A stretch of 64,000 bases of DNA. It comes from Calditrichia bacterium. Lineage in GTDB: Bacteria > Calditrichota > Calditrichia > JAJRVZ01. The notes under the pieces are model-generated. The model saw only the letters and a program-made list of their open reading frames with translations. It had not been told where the DNA came from and did not search any database. Position numbers and translations under genes: made by a program. The stretch lies in assembly GCA_963796965.1 (NCBI GenBank), contig CAWCNS010000016.1, positions 206,769 through 270,768 on the forward strand, written 5' to 3'. Positions 19,141 to 29,055 of this stretch are shown here, piece by piece. How positions within the stretch are numbered: the stretch's first letter is position 1; each line of letters opens with the position of its first letter.

Positions 19141-19914
19141 ATGACAGATGACTTAAAAGCAAGAACTAAATTTCGTTGGATGTGGGTGATTTATATTCCA
19201 ATTGGGATGGTTTTACTCATCCCAGCCCTCTACCTGTATATTCTCATCACGATGCCTGATGTGAGTGTACTAAAGAACTCAAATCCAGAAACAACAGCGC
19301 TTATTGAAGCACGAAAAATAACAGCGCAGGAGGAAGGAAAAAAGTATAAAGTCAGACAATACTGGGTCACCTTTGAACAAATTCCGGTTTTGCTAAAAAA
19401 GGCGGTACGTATTAGTGAAGATGCAGGTTTCTATTTACACGATGGTATCGATGTTGAAGAGTTGGAAGAATCTATCAAAAAAAATTGGAAAGAAGGGCGT
19501 TTTGCCCGCGGTGGTAGTACGATTACCCAGCAATTGGCAAAAAATATATATTTAAACACTGAAAAATCTATCTGGCGCAAAATTCGGGAGTTTTTCATTG
19601 CAAGAGAACTGGAAGATGTCCTATCTAAGAACCGTATATTTCACTTATATTTAAATTTAATCGAGTTCGGACCTGGTATCTTTGGGGTGGAGGCCGCCTC
19701 CCGATATTATTTTCGAAAACCTGTATCATTGTTGTCAGAGGATGAGATGATTCGACTCGCATCTATAATACCACGACCTCTGATTTCACGGCCCGATAAG
19801 AATTCAAAGTGGTTATTATGGCGGTGTCGCTGGATAACGGGAAAACTTTATCTTTATAAATATATTGAAAAAACTGAGCATGATTATCTGCTTAATCTCT
19901 TTAGTCCTCAATGA
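19141..19914 (+). CDS. mtgA: Monofunctional biosynthetic peptidoglycan transglycosylase
   Basis: SEDAGF..H.GID, RGGSTITQQLAKN, RKIRE, YLN. Confidence 0.9.
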   Translation: MTDDLKARTKFRWMWVIYIPIGMVLLIPALYLYILITMPDVSVLKNSNPETTALIEARKITAQEEGKKYKVRQYWVTFEQIPVLLKKAVRISEDAGFYLHDGIDVEELEESIKKNWKEGRFARGGSTITQQLAKNIYLNTEKSIWRKIREFFIARELEDVLSKNRIFHLYLNLIEFGPGIFGVEAASRYYFRKPVSLLSEDEMIRLASIIPRPLISRPDKNSKWLLWRCRWITGKLYLYKYIEKTEHDYLLNLFSPQ

Positions 19915-21841
19915 CCTTTTTACCATATAATCTAACCACGCCAATACAAAGAATGATGCCGATTGGTAGCAATATCCAGGGACTTACCCCAAATCCAATG
20001 GGAAGATAGCCAACCAGAATACTAAGAAATCCCCCAAGCAGGGCATAGGGGATCTGTGTCCTAACGTGATCAATATGATCGGCGCCACTGGCCATAGAGG
20101 ACATAATTGTTGTGTCGGATATGGGTGAACAGTGATCTCCAAACGTAGCGCCTGCAAGTACGGAAGCGATGGTGCTCAATAAAATCCCTTCTTGTTGTAG
20201 TAGTGATATTGCCGGGTCCGATTGGGGAACGAGGTGGGCAATAGGGATTATTATTGGCATTAGAATGGCCATTACACCCCATGATGTTCCAGTGGCAAAA
20301 CTGATCAGGGCTGCAATAAGAAAAGACAAAATGGGAATAAAGTAGGGCGATAAAAATCCCTCACTTATGTGAATGATATAATCAGCTGTGTTCAAATCCT
20401 GGCAAATATTACCGATTGACCAGGCCATGGTTAATATCAGAGCTGCCAGGACCATCGCTTTTACACCACCAACCCAAGCCAGAATTGATTTATCCAGGGA
20501 CATTAATTTTTGACTCATTGCCAATATGATTGCTGTAATACTGCCAAAAAGCGAGGCCCACATCAGAACCGAATAAGAATCAGACGCGCCAATAACCAAA
20601 CTTACATATTGAACAAACCCCAATGATTCTAAATTTACCCCTTCCCCTGTTAACGAAGAATATCCTGTGAACCATAAACCCAATAAGGTTGTTATCATGA
20701 CAACAACGATAGGGATAAAACCATTATACCATCTCTTATCCGTTTCCTCGTCAACAACAATTTCACTGCTGTCAAGACTAGATACAGGTGTTGCATTGGG
20801 TGCAAGGACCTGACCTGTTTGGTAACTTCGACGTTCCGCTCTAAGCATCGGTCCAAAATCACGGCCGGTGATTGCAATTGAGATTCCAATTACCAGGGCA
20901 AAAATGGGATAAAAATTGTAGGGTATCGTCTGGAAAAACACAAGATAGGGATTGTCTGTAATTCCAAGAGATTCAAATGAATTCCCGATTAAACCAATTT
21001 CAAACCCTATCCAGGTGGATATTATCGCGATGTTCGCCACGGGAGCAGCAGTAGAATCTACAAGATAAGAAAGTTTTTCACGACTGATCCGAAGTTTATC
21101 TGTGAGAGGACGCATCGTATTTCCAACAATTAGGGTATTCGCGTAATCATCAAAAAATATAAATATGCCCATGAGCCAGGTAACGACCTGACCACGTCGG
21201 GGTGTTGAGGCCTTTAATGCTAATTTCTCAACGATTCCCTGCATGCCACCCATTTTTGAGATGACCCCAACCATCCCACCAAGCGTAAGACTAAAAACGA
21301 TAATGGCCATTTTATCCGGATCAGCTGCTGCCACACCGATATAATCTGTTAAGGCATATAAAAGTCCTGCAAAGGGATTATAATCATAAATGAGGGCGGC
21401 TCCGAGCCAAATACCTAAAAATAGTGCAACCAATACCTGCCTTGCAATCAGCGCCAATACGATAGCAAACAAAGCGGGAAGAATACTCGTCCAACCTGGA
21501 ATAACCCTGAGGTCGGATTGCCAGTTTATACCCTCGAACTTTATGGTTCTCCATCCACTCTCAGGAAATACTGCTGTAGGAATCACACTCGTACCTGCAT
21601 GAAAATCCAATGTGGATAATTTGTCAATCTGTCCATTCTGAATATGCGATAGACCCCTTACCTGCAAAGTGGTATCAATAGTAACTCTCTCTGCATTTTG
21701 ATCTATAAGTGAAAGTTGTATCTCTACTGGGATGTTAGCCAGAATTACTTTTGGTGATTGTAATTTTAGTGAAAGTTCCTCTCCAAAGAGCGGGAGAACA
21801 AAGATACATGTCGTCATTAGGGTAATAAAAATAAGTTTCAT
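19901..21841 (-). CDS. Na+/H+ antiporter NhaC-family transporter with N-terminal exported domain
   Basis: FFDDYAN, DSTAAP, TGTSWG, GDHCSPISDTT, HVRTQIPY. Confidence 0.88.
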   Translation of the reverse strand: MKLIFITLMTTCIFVLPLFGEELSLKLQSPKVILANIPVEIQLSLIDQNAERVTIDTTLQVRGLSHIQNGQIDKLSTLDFHAGTSVIPTAVFPESGWRTIKFEGINWQSDLRVIPGWTSILPALFAIVLALIARQVLVALFLGIWLGAALIYDYNPFAGLLYALTDYIGVAAADPDKMAIIVFSLTLGGMVGVISKMGGMQGIVEKLALKASTPRRGQVVTWLMGIFIFFDDYANTLIVGNTMRPLTDKLRISREKLSYLVDSTAAPVANIAIISTWIGFEIGLIGNSFESLGITDNPYLVFFQTIPYNFYPIFALVIGISIAITGRDFGPMLRAERRSYQTGQVLAPNATPVSSLDSSEIVVDEETDKRWYNGFIPIVVVMITTLLGLWFTGYSSLTGEGVNLESLGFVQYVSLVIGASDSYSVLMWASLFGSITAIILAMSQKLMSLDKSILAWVGGVKAMVLAALILTMAWSIGNICQDLNTADYIIHISEGFLSPYFIPILSFLIAALISFATGTSWGVMAILMPIIIPIAHLVPQSDPAISLLQQEGILLSTIASVLAGATFGDHCSPISDTTIMSSMASGADHIDHVRTQIPYALLGGFLSILVGYLPIGFGVSPWILLPIGIILCIGVVRLYGKKVIED

Positions 21842-21900
21842 GGATACCTTTCTTATAGATCGATAAAAAAGGTAGTTTATGTGGGAATTAAAGTAAAGAA

Positions 21901-21927
21901 TAAATTGTCATTTAAAATGACAATTTA
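21901..21927. promoter_or_regulatory. Perfect 27-bp palindrome, candidate operator
   Basis: TAAATTGTCATTT-A-AAATGACAATTTA in a divergent promoter region. Confidence 0.5.
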
Positions 21928-22185
21928 CAGTCCCTTCACGGTGGTATTTCGGTAATTTAAATGTTTTTTTCAAAGTCTCTAAATTGGTTCTCTTTAGTTG
22001 TCTTGGTGGTTAGCCCGTTTTCAATATAAATCATGTCTATAGAATTATAAAAATTGGTACTTACAGGGGAACCTTTAATTGATTATCAGAGTAAGGAATA
22101 AAAAAGGTCATGTCTGAATTTTTATAGTTAAATGGACGATAGAAATTTTGATACAACTAAACAAAAAACAAATAATTATCGATCC

Positions 22186-22214
22186 TTGATTTGAAAATGC
22201 AATATATTTAAATT
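22186..22214 (+). promoter_or_regulatory. Candidate sigma-70 promoter
   Basis: TTGATT-N17-TAAATT just upstream of the GWxTD gene. Confidence 0.4.
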
Positions 22215-22232
22215 GAAATTTTGGGAGTTGTT

Positions 22233-23519
22233 ATGAGAAGAATAATTATACTACTGTTTCTCTTACTTATTATTTCGAGTCTTTTTGCGCAGATGCAAGG
22301 CAAGAGACCCACACCTTATGGTTTTGATGTTAATGTAAAGCCACCAATTTATTATGATCTTTATTTTTCCATTAATCCGGAGAATCTTCAACCTCAGATC
22401 AATTTTATGTTAAATATTCAATACGATCTATTATTCTTCACCCGGACTGACAGTGGCTACACCAGTGGTTATAATATTTCATTATTTATTAAAAATATCG
22501 AAACTGAGGAGATCGTTTACTCTCATCTTTGGAAGGAGAAGGTTCACGAGGAAAACTTTAAGATCACAAACTCACGAACTCATTATCATCTAAATTCTAA
22601 AATATTTCCTGCTGATTTTTCTCAAGGAAAATATGTGTTAACTTTGGAATTGACTGATGAAACATCACGAGACGGATTTAAAAGTAAAAGAGCGCTTGAA
22701 ATTCCAGACTTGAACGCAGATAGTTTTACTTCGCAGATAGTGTTTATTACAAAAGATAAAAGTCGTTCAGCAGAAATTGTGGTTGGTGAGAATCAAACAA
22801 CTCTTGAATTTAACGAAGATATTTATCCATACTTTGAAACCATTCTTCCAGATCCCGGTCGTGCAACCTTAACTTCAGAATTATTTCGTGTTGAAGAAGA
22901 AGAGAAATCATTAATCAAGAGCGAACAGTATGATTTAGATTTTAAGGGAAATCACGCGCGTCATTCAGAGGTTATTAAAAGGAAAAACCTTCAAGAGGGC
23001 GATTACCTCCTAAAGTATCAATTAAAAGCTGGTGATTTTTCAAAAGTAATAGAAAAAAAGTTTATTGTTGTCTGGTACAGAAAACCAATTTTTCTCTATG
23101 ACCGGGAGATGGCTCTTTTACCCATGCGATATATACTACCTGAGGATGAGTGGCAAAAAGTTGGCGATTATTCGGATGATGAGCAGGATGAGTGGTTTAA
23201 GAAATTTTGGGAGGACAAAGATCCTGATCCGGAAACACCATTAAATGAGGTACAAATTGAATTTTATCACCGTGTTTCCTCTGCGAATAAAAAATTCCGT
23301 GCCGAAGACTATGAAGGTTGGGATACGGATAGAGGCAAATCCCTCATACTTTATGGTGAACCGGACAGGGTGGATTCGCAGCATTATCTGGATAATTCGC
23401 AACCTTATGAAATTTGGTATTATGAATCAAAGAACAAAAAATTGATCTTTGTCGATGCAGATGAAGATAAATCGTTTCGTCTTGTAAGTGTCGAGGAAAT
23501 TGGAGAAAAAAATGAATAA
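22233..23519 (+). CDS. GWxTD domain-containing exported protein
   Basis: FWEDKDPDPET..GWDTDRG..YGEPD..YEIWYY; signal peptide. Confidence 0.88.
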   Translation: MRRIIILLFLLLIISSLFAQMQGKRPTPYGFDVNVKPPIYYDLYFSINPENLQPQINFMLNIQYDLLFFTRTDSGYTSGYNISLFIKNIETEEIVYSHLWKEKVHEENFKITNSRTHYHLNSKIFPADFSQGKYVLTLELTDETSRDGFKSKRALEIPDLNADSFTSQIVFITKDKSRSAEIVVGENQTTLEFNEDIYPYFETILPDPGRATLTSELFRVEEEEKSLIKSEQYDLDFKGNHARHSEVIKRKNLQEGDYLLKYQLKAGDFSKVIEKKFIVVWYRKPIFLYDREMALLPMRYILPEDEWQKVGDYSDDEQDEWFKKFWEDKDPDPETPLNEVQIEFYHRVSSANKKFRAEDYEGWDTDRGKSLILYGEPDRVDSQHYLDNSQPYEIWYYESKNKKLIFVDADEDKSFRLVSVEEIGEKNE

Positions 23520-24532
23520 AACGTCTGTTGGCGTTATTGGAGTTGGTCATCTTGGTAAAATCCATGCAAAACTCTATCAGCAGGTAGAACCGGCGCATTT
23601 GGAAGGTATTTACGATACCGATCATGATAAAGCTGATAAAATTGCAGGTGAGTTAAATATTAAGGCTTATAACGATTGTGATGAGCTCCTGGAAAAAGTA
23701 GAAGCTGTAAATATCGTTACACCAACCTCGACTCATTTTGAAATGGCCGAACGTGCTCTGGAAAAAGATTGTCATCTTTTTATAGAGAAGCCGATAATGG
23801 CTACAGAAGAAGAGGCCAATAAAATTATTCTAAAAGCAAAGGAAAAGAATAAAATTATTCAAGTTGGCCATATTGAAAGATTTAATCCGGCAGTATTGGC
23901 CATGTCCGATGTACCAATGAATCCGGTATTCATTGAATCTCATCGTCTTGCCTCCTTTAATCCGCGGGGAACGGATGTCGCCGTTATTCTTGATCTGATG
24001 ATCCACGATTTGGATTTAATATTGTCATTGGTCAAAAGTAAACCCGTACAGATCGATGCGAGTGGTGTGGGTGTGATCTCAAATACAATCGATATTGCAA
24101 ATGCAAGGATTCAGTTCGAATCTGGATGCGTCGCAAATGTAACCGCAAGTAGGATCTCGACCAAAAAAATGCGTAAAATGAGAATATTTCAAAATAATGG
24201 ATATATCTCGGTTGATTTTATCGAAGGATTTTCTGAGATCTATTATATAGATGATAAAAATGTATCACAGTTTAAGGATGGAACCCTGGCGTTTTCGCTT
24301 GGCCAGATCGAATGCAGGAGACAACCGTAAAGATATAAAATACAATAAGTTACAACGATCTGATGTTAATCCGTTAAAGTATGAGTTATCTGGATTTATC
24401 GAGAGTATTCAGACAGGTGTTTCTCCCCTGGTCAGTGGGGAAGATGGTTTTGCTGCTTTGCAATTAGCGAATAAAGTTCTTGAAAAAATTGCCGAGCATA
24501 CCCGTATAGTTAAGAGGGAGAAAGCTAATTGA
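23512..24532 (+). CDS. Gfo/Idh/MocA oxidoreductase (GnnA-like), frameshift near 24312
   Basis: GVGHLG, EKP, VGHIERFNPA, DLMIHDLD; C-terminus (NPLKYELSGF..SGEDG) continues in ORF 24251-24532. Confidence 0.85.
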
Positions 24533-25103
24533 CCTTTGGAAAATTTCTTTTTGAATATCGTGGGTATGCACCTATTCCATTCTATATTCTTGCCGTAATT
24601 TTTGCAAATCCTCGTGAAGACCTAATTGTCTTAGGCTTGATATTAATGGCAATTGGAGAATTATTACGTTTTATTGCTTCAAGTTATTTAGGGATTTCTT
24701 CACGCTCCACCCTCCTTGAGTCAAAAGAATTGGTGACAAACGGTCCCTTTGCCTATGTTCGTAATCCAATCTATTTTGGAAATCTATTACTTTATATGGG
24801 CGCAAGCATTTTATCAGGCGCATATTTACCTTATTTGCTGTATCTGACGATCATTTTTTTTGCTATATTTTATGCATTTATAGTTAAATATGAAGAGTCG
24901 TTTCTCGGGGACACTTTTGCAGCAAATACGAATCCTATTTGATCAATGTACCAAGGTTTTTTCCACGCCTTTCTGCTTACCCTGAAGGGGGAAGCACTAA
25001 ACCAAATTTTTCTGAAGGTCTAAATGCCGAAAAATCGACACTTATGACCATCATTAGTTTTATTGTGTTCGTCTTGATAAGTTGGTATATCAAAAGTTTA
25101 TAG
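24529..25103 (+). CDS. Isoprenylcysteine carboxyl methyltransferase (Ste14/LmtA-like) family protein, frameshift near 24919
   Basis: LVTNGPFAYVRNPIYFGN, KYEE; shifted frame gives KYESYLINVPRFFP to stop at 25103. Confidence 0.8.
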
Positions 25104-25116
25104 AAAGACAGAATAA

Positions 25117-26523
25117 ATGAATCATATTCCTCTAAATCTAGATAACATTGCAGAACAGGTCGTCGGAATCGATCATCAGGTTCCTCTCCTGAGTGGCGAG
25201 AAAAAACGCTATATCTATTTTGACAATTCTGCAAGTACACCAACCTTGAAGCCGGTTCTTGAATCGCTGAATTTATTTATGGAGTGGTATTCCAATATTC
25301 ACAGAGGAACTGGTTTTAAGTCACTTATTAGCACACATTATTTTGAACAAGCGAGAGAAATTGTTGCACAGTTCTTTAACCTTGATCCAAAAGATCATCT
25401 GGTCATTTTTGGGAAGAATGGGACTGAGGCAATTAATAAATTAGCGCATCGTGTACCATTACCTGAAGACTGTGTGATTTTGCTTACCAAAATGGAACAC
25501 CATTCCAATGATCTGCCATGGCGCTTCCGTCGCCCGGTCATTCATGTAGATGTAGATAATCAGGGAAGATTGGATTGGCAGGATTTTGAATCAAAACTGA
25601 ATGAGCAAAAAGGAAAAATCGGGTTGATTGCTGTAACAGGCGCTTCTAATGTTACCGGGTATATAAACGATATTTATCGGATAGCCGAAATGGCACATCA
25701 AAACAATGCAAAAATCATGGTTGATGCTGCGCAATTAGCGCCTCACCGTTTTATTGATATTAAAGCGCCCGGACATCCGCAACATATTGATTTTTTGGCC
25801 TTCTCAGCTCATAAAATTTATGCACCCTTTGGACTTGGTGTATTGATTACTGACAGAGAGATGTTTAAGGAAGGTGATCCTGATATTGTTGGGGGAGGGA
25901 CGGTTGACCTGGTGTCTGAAGATTATGCTTATTGGACGGATGCTCCGGAAAAAGAAGAAGCGGGTACTCCAAACGTAGCGGGAGCGATCGCACTTGCTAA
26001 GGCTCTTAAAATCATCCAGGAAATTGGCATGGATAATATTGCCAAACATGAAGCGGATCTCACCCGTTATGCCCTACATAAATTAAAACAAATCCCAGGA
26101 TTGATTTTTTATGGTGCATTACGTGAAGATGAGGTTCATAAACGACTTGGTGTCATTTCTTTCAATGTTAAAGATATGCCCCATGCCAAGGTTGGGGCAA
26201 TTTTAAATTATGAGGGTGGGATCGGTGTCAGAAATGGATGTTTTTGTGCACACCCCTATATAAAATGTCTCCTCGGTGTGACAGTTGAAGAAACAAAAAT
26301 CCTGGAAGAAAAGATTCTGAGCCATGACAGAAGCACTATTCCGGGGGCTGTCCGTGTTAGTTTTGGTATGTATAATACGGAAGAAGAGGTTGATAGCCTT
26401 GTGGAAGTTGTTAAGATGATTTCAGAAGGAAAGTATAAAGGGAATTATTTGTTAAATTCAGAGACCGGCGAATATTTTCCTGAGGGATTTGAGATTGATT
26501 ATTCTGAATATTATCAGATTTAA
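25117..26523 (+). CDS. Class V aminotransferase / cysteine desulfurase-like
   Basis: YFDNSAS, MEHHSN, DAAQ, SAHK, EAGTP, RNGCFCAHP. Confidence 0.88.
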   Translation: MNHIPLNLDNIAEQVVGIDHQVPLLSGEKKRYIYFDNSASTPTLKPVLESLNLFMEWYSNIHRGTGFKSLISTHYFEQAREIVAQFFNLDPKDHLVIFGKNGTEAINKLAHRVPLPEDCVILLTKMEHHSNDLPWRFRRPVIHVDVDNQGRLDWQDFESKLNEQKGKIGLIAVTGASNVTGYINDIYRIAEMAHQNNAKIMVDAAQLAPHRFIDIKAPGHPQHIDFLAFSAHKIYAPFGLGVLITDREMFKEGDPDIVGGGTVDLVSEDYAYWTDAPEKEEAGTPNVAGAIALAKALKIIQEIGMDNIAKHEADLTRYALHKLKQIPGLIFYGALREDEVHKRLGVISFNVKDMPHAKVGAILNYEGGIGVRNGCFCAHPYIKCLLGVTVEETKILEEKILSHDRSTIPGAVRVSFGMYNTEEEVDSLVEVVKMISEGKYKGNYLLNSETGEYFPEGFEIDYSEYYQI

Positions 26524-26604
26524 TAAATAGATGCTTCATTGTTCATTAGGATTTCCTTTATAGATCAGTTATCAAGGATTTTTAGCTTGATCTATTGATA
26601 ATTG

Positions 26605-26765
26605 CTCACACAAAGACGCTGAGTCCCAGAGAAAACTAATACAAAATAAAGGCTAAAAAATATAAAATAGAATTAAATTCTTTCACAATACCATGTGTGA
26701 AATGTTTTTATATTTTATATTTTATATCTTATATTTTTTATTTGCGCACTTTACGTTTCTGCGAG
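26605..26765. repeat. Nested inverted/periodic repeat element without ORF
   Basis: Degenerate CGCAAAG-type outer arms, (TTTTATA)n inner tract, central TTTCACA-N8-TGTGAAA. Confidence 0.5.
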
Positions 26766-26840
26766 AAATGAATCATTTGGGTTCGTTCATTCTACAATAA
26801 TTATAGTTACCTTTTATTATGTCCTATAAATAACTCATTC

Positions 26841-28025
26841 ATGTCTCTAAAAATGAAATACTATACTGATCCTTACCAGACTGAATTAAAAACTGATCTC
26901 GTCTCCCAACGGAATGATGAGCGGGGGATTTGGTACACCTTTGCAGATACCATTTTTTATCCTGAAGGAGGAGGTCAGGAGGCTGATAGGGGACAGATTA
27001 ACAATATACCGGTTCTGGATGTGCAATCAGAAAATGACATTGTTTGGCATTTATTAAAATCATCTCTTTCGACACCAGTCATAATGGAATTGGATTGGAA
27101 TAGTCGATATGGAAATATGCAGCAACATACGGGTCAACATATTTTATCAGCTTGTTTTAAAGACCTGCATGATTTGAATACGGTTTCTGTTCATCTGGGA
27201 AGAGAGATTACTTTAATCGAGCTCGAGACAGAAAAAATTACTGATGAAATTCTTGAGGATACGGAAATGGCTGCAAATGATATAATTCGTCAGAATCTGG
27301 CTATTAAACCATTCTGGGTCAAGCAGGAAGAATTGCATGAATTTAATCTGCGGCGCAGTATTAAAACGACAAATAAAAATATCCGCCTGGTTAGTATTGG
27401 TGAACTTGATTATGTTGGATGTGGAGGTACACATGTCCGTACTACGTCCGAGGTCGGGTTAATAAAAATTGTAGGGACAGAAAAAATCAGAAAACATGTT
27501 CGGATTAAGATAAAGATCGGAGATTCGGCATATCATTATTTCAGAGAATTGCACTCTACTTTTTTCGGGCTTTCATCTCAATTGACTACCTCTCTTCCTG
27601 ATCTGCCAAAAAGAGTTGACCAACTTGTTCTGGAAAATCGTGATCTTGGCCGGAAAATTAATAAAATCAATAACTTGTGGTTATCTGAGTATGTAAAGAA
27701 TATACCAATTACAGAACCCTCAGGCTGTTACTTTTTAGAAGATTTTTCCAAGGAGAACTTAAAATCTCTTTCAGAAAATTGGAGCAAAATTTATCAAAAG
27801 CCCTGTTTGTTTATCAGCCGTGAAGAGGGAAAGTTCAATTTTTGTATGCGCCTCTATGGGGATAGTGACCATGATATTCAAAATTTTATTCAGGAAAATC
27901 GGGAGAAGTATTCACTCAAAGGAGGGGGTAGGAGAGATTTTGCCATAGGAGAGATCGATAAAAATAGTGCGAATACAAAATTAATCGAGAACCTGTTCAA
28001 AACCTTTGATAAGTATTTTAACTAG
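26841..28025 (+). CDS. Alanyl-tRNA editing protein (AlaX family)
   Basis: FYPEGGGQ, QQHTGQH, CGGTH. Confidence 0.88.
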   Translation: MSLKMKYYTDPYQTELKTDLVSQRNDERGIWYTFADTIFYPEGGGQEADRGQINNIPVLDVQSENDIVWHLLKSSLSTPVIMELDWNSRYGNMQQHTGQHILSACFKDLHDLNTVSVHLGREITLIELETEKITDEILEDTEMAANDIIRQNLAIKPFWVKQEELHEFNLRRSIKTTNKNIRLVSIGELDYVGCGGTHVRTTSEVGLIKIVGTEKIRKHVRIKIKIGDSAYHYFRELHSTFFGLSSQLTTSLPDLPKRVDQLVLENRDLGRKINKINNLWLSEYVKNIPITEPSGCYFLEDFSKENLKSLSENWSKIYQKPCLFISREEGKFNFCMRLYGDSDHDIQNFIQENREKYSLKGGGRRDFAIGEIDKNSANTKLIENLFKTFDKYFN

Positions 28026-28040
28026 GGAGTGGACCACTCT

Positions 28041-28601
28041 ATGCCATCAATTAGAGGATTGGTGTTAATGAGCCGTCTTGAGTATTTAGAAAAGAAATAT
28101 GGAGCAGAAGAGTATCGGGGATTTTTAAAGAAAATCAGTACAGATGAGATGAATTTACTACGCCAGCCCCTTGACGGTGCACAAATTTATCCGGATAGTC
28201 TCCTGACGACGATAGATCAAATTTTATTGCATGAATATTTGAATGAGGATATGGGGGAATTTAAAAATCTGGGTAAATGGGGGGCGGAAAATTTTATGTA
28301 TCGATTTTTCAGCCAATATGTTGACGATTCTGAACCTCTCAACTTTCTTGCCCAATATGATCGTTTACGTGACTATCTTATTGGTTCTGGTCATATGAAG
28401 ATTCAATCGATCAGTGAAAAGCATCTAATCCTTTCAATAGATTATGGCCAACAAATTCACAAAAGTGTATGTCTGAGTGAGCAGGGTTTTATTGAAGGTG
28501 GAATGGAGCAATGTGGAGCCAAAAATGTGAGAATTGTTGAAACCACCTGTGCCAGTGAATCAAAGGGCTTAACCTGTCAGTTTGATGTGACGTTTGAGTG
28601 A
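28041..28601 (+). CDS. Hypothetical protein with V4R-like C-terminus
   Basis: VCLSEQGFIEG..ETTCAS..CQF pattern; alternative GTG start at 28029. Confidence 0.5.
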   Translation: MPSIRGLVLMSRLEYLEKKYGAEEYRGFLKKISTDEMNLLRQPLDGAQIYPDSLLTTIDQILLHEYLNEDMGEFKNLGKWGAENFMYRFFSQYVDDSEPLNFLAQYDRLRDYLIGSGHMKIQSISEKHLILSIDYGQQIHKSVCLSEQGFIEGGMEQCGAKNVRIVETTCASESKGLTCQFDVTFE

Positions 28602-28625
28602 ACCAACCACTGGGCTTCTTCAATT

Positions 28626-29045
28626 TTACGCCCCAATAATCTTCACCAATACCCGTTTGCGTCGTCTTCCATCAAACTCGGCATAAAAAATTTGCTCCCA
28701 GGGACCAAAATCCAACTGGCCATCAGTAATAGCAACAACGACTTCTCTCCCCATGACTTGTCTTTTTAGATGTGCATCTCCATTGTCTTCACCCGTCATG
28801 TTATGCCGGTAATGAGATATAGGTTCATGGGGGGCCAGACCTTCAAGCCAATCATCGTAATCTTGAATTAATCCATTCTCATTGTCATTAATATAGACAC
28901 TTGCAGTTATATGCATAGCGTTAACAAGACACAGACCCTCTTTGATTTGACTCTCCCGCAGACATTCATCCACATCACGGGTTATATTTATATAATCTCT
29001 GCGGTTTTGGGTACTAAACCAGAGTTCTTTGCGATATGATTTCAT
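28626..29045 (-). CDS. yjbQ: YjbQ (UPF0047) family protein
   Basis: [25 protein letters not shown]. Confidence 0.9.
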   Translation of the reverse strand: MKSYRKELWFSTQNRRDYINITRDVDECLRESQIKEGLCLVNAMHITASVYINDNENGLIQDYDDWLEGLAPHEPISHYRHNMTGEDNGDAHLKRQVMGREVVVAITDGQLDFGPWEQIFYAEFDGRRRKRVLVKIIGA

Positions 29046-29055
29046 TATTTATTCC

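Noticed and set aside
26705-26740. Short tandem arrays as CRISPR repeats
   Set aside because: Units are 7-10 bp without spacers, and there are no cas genes
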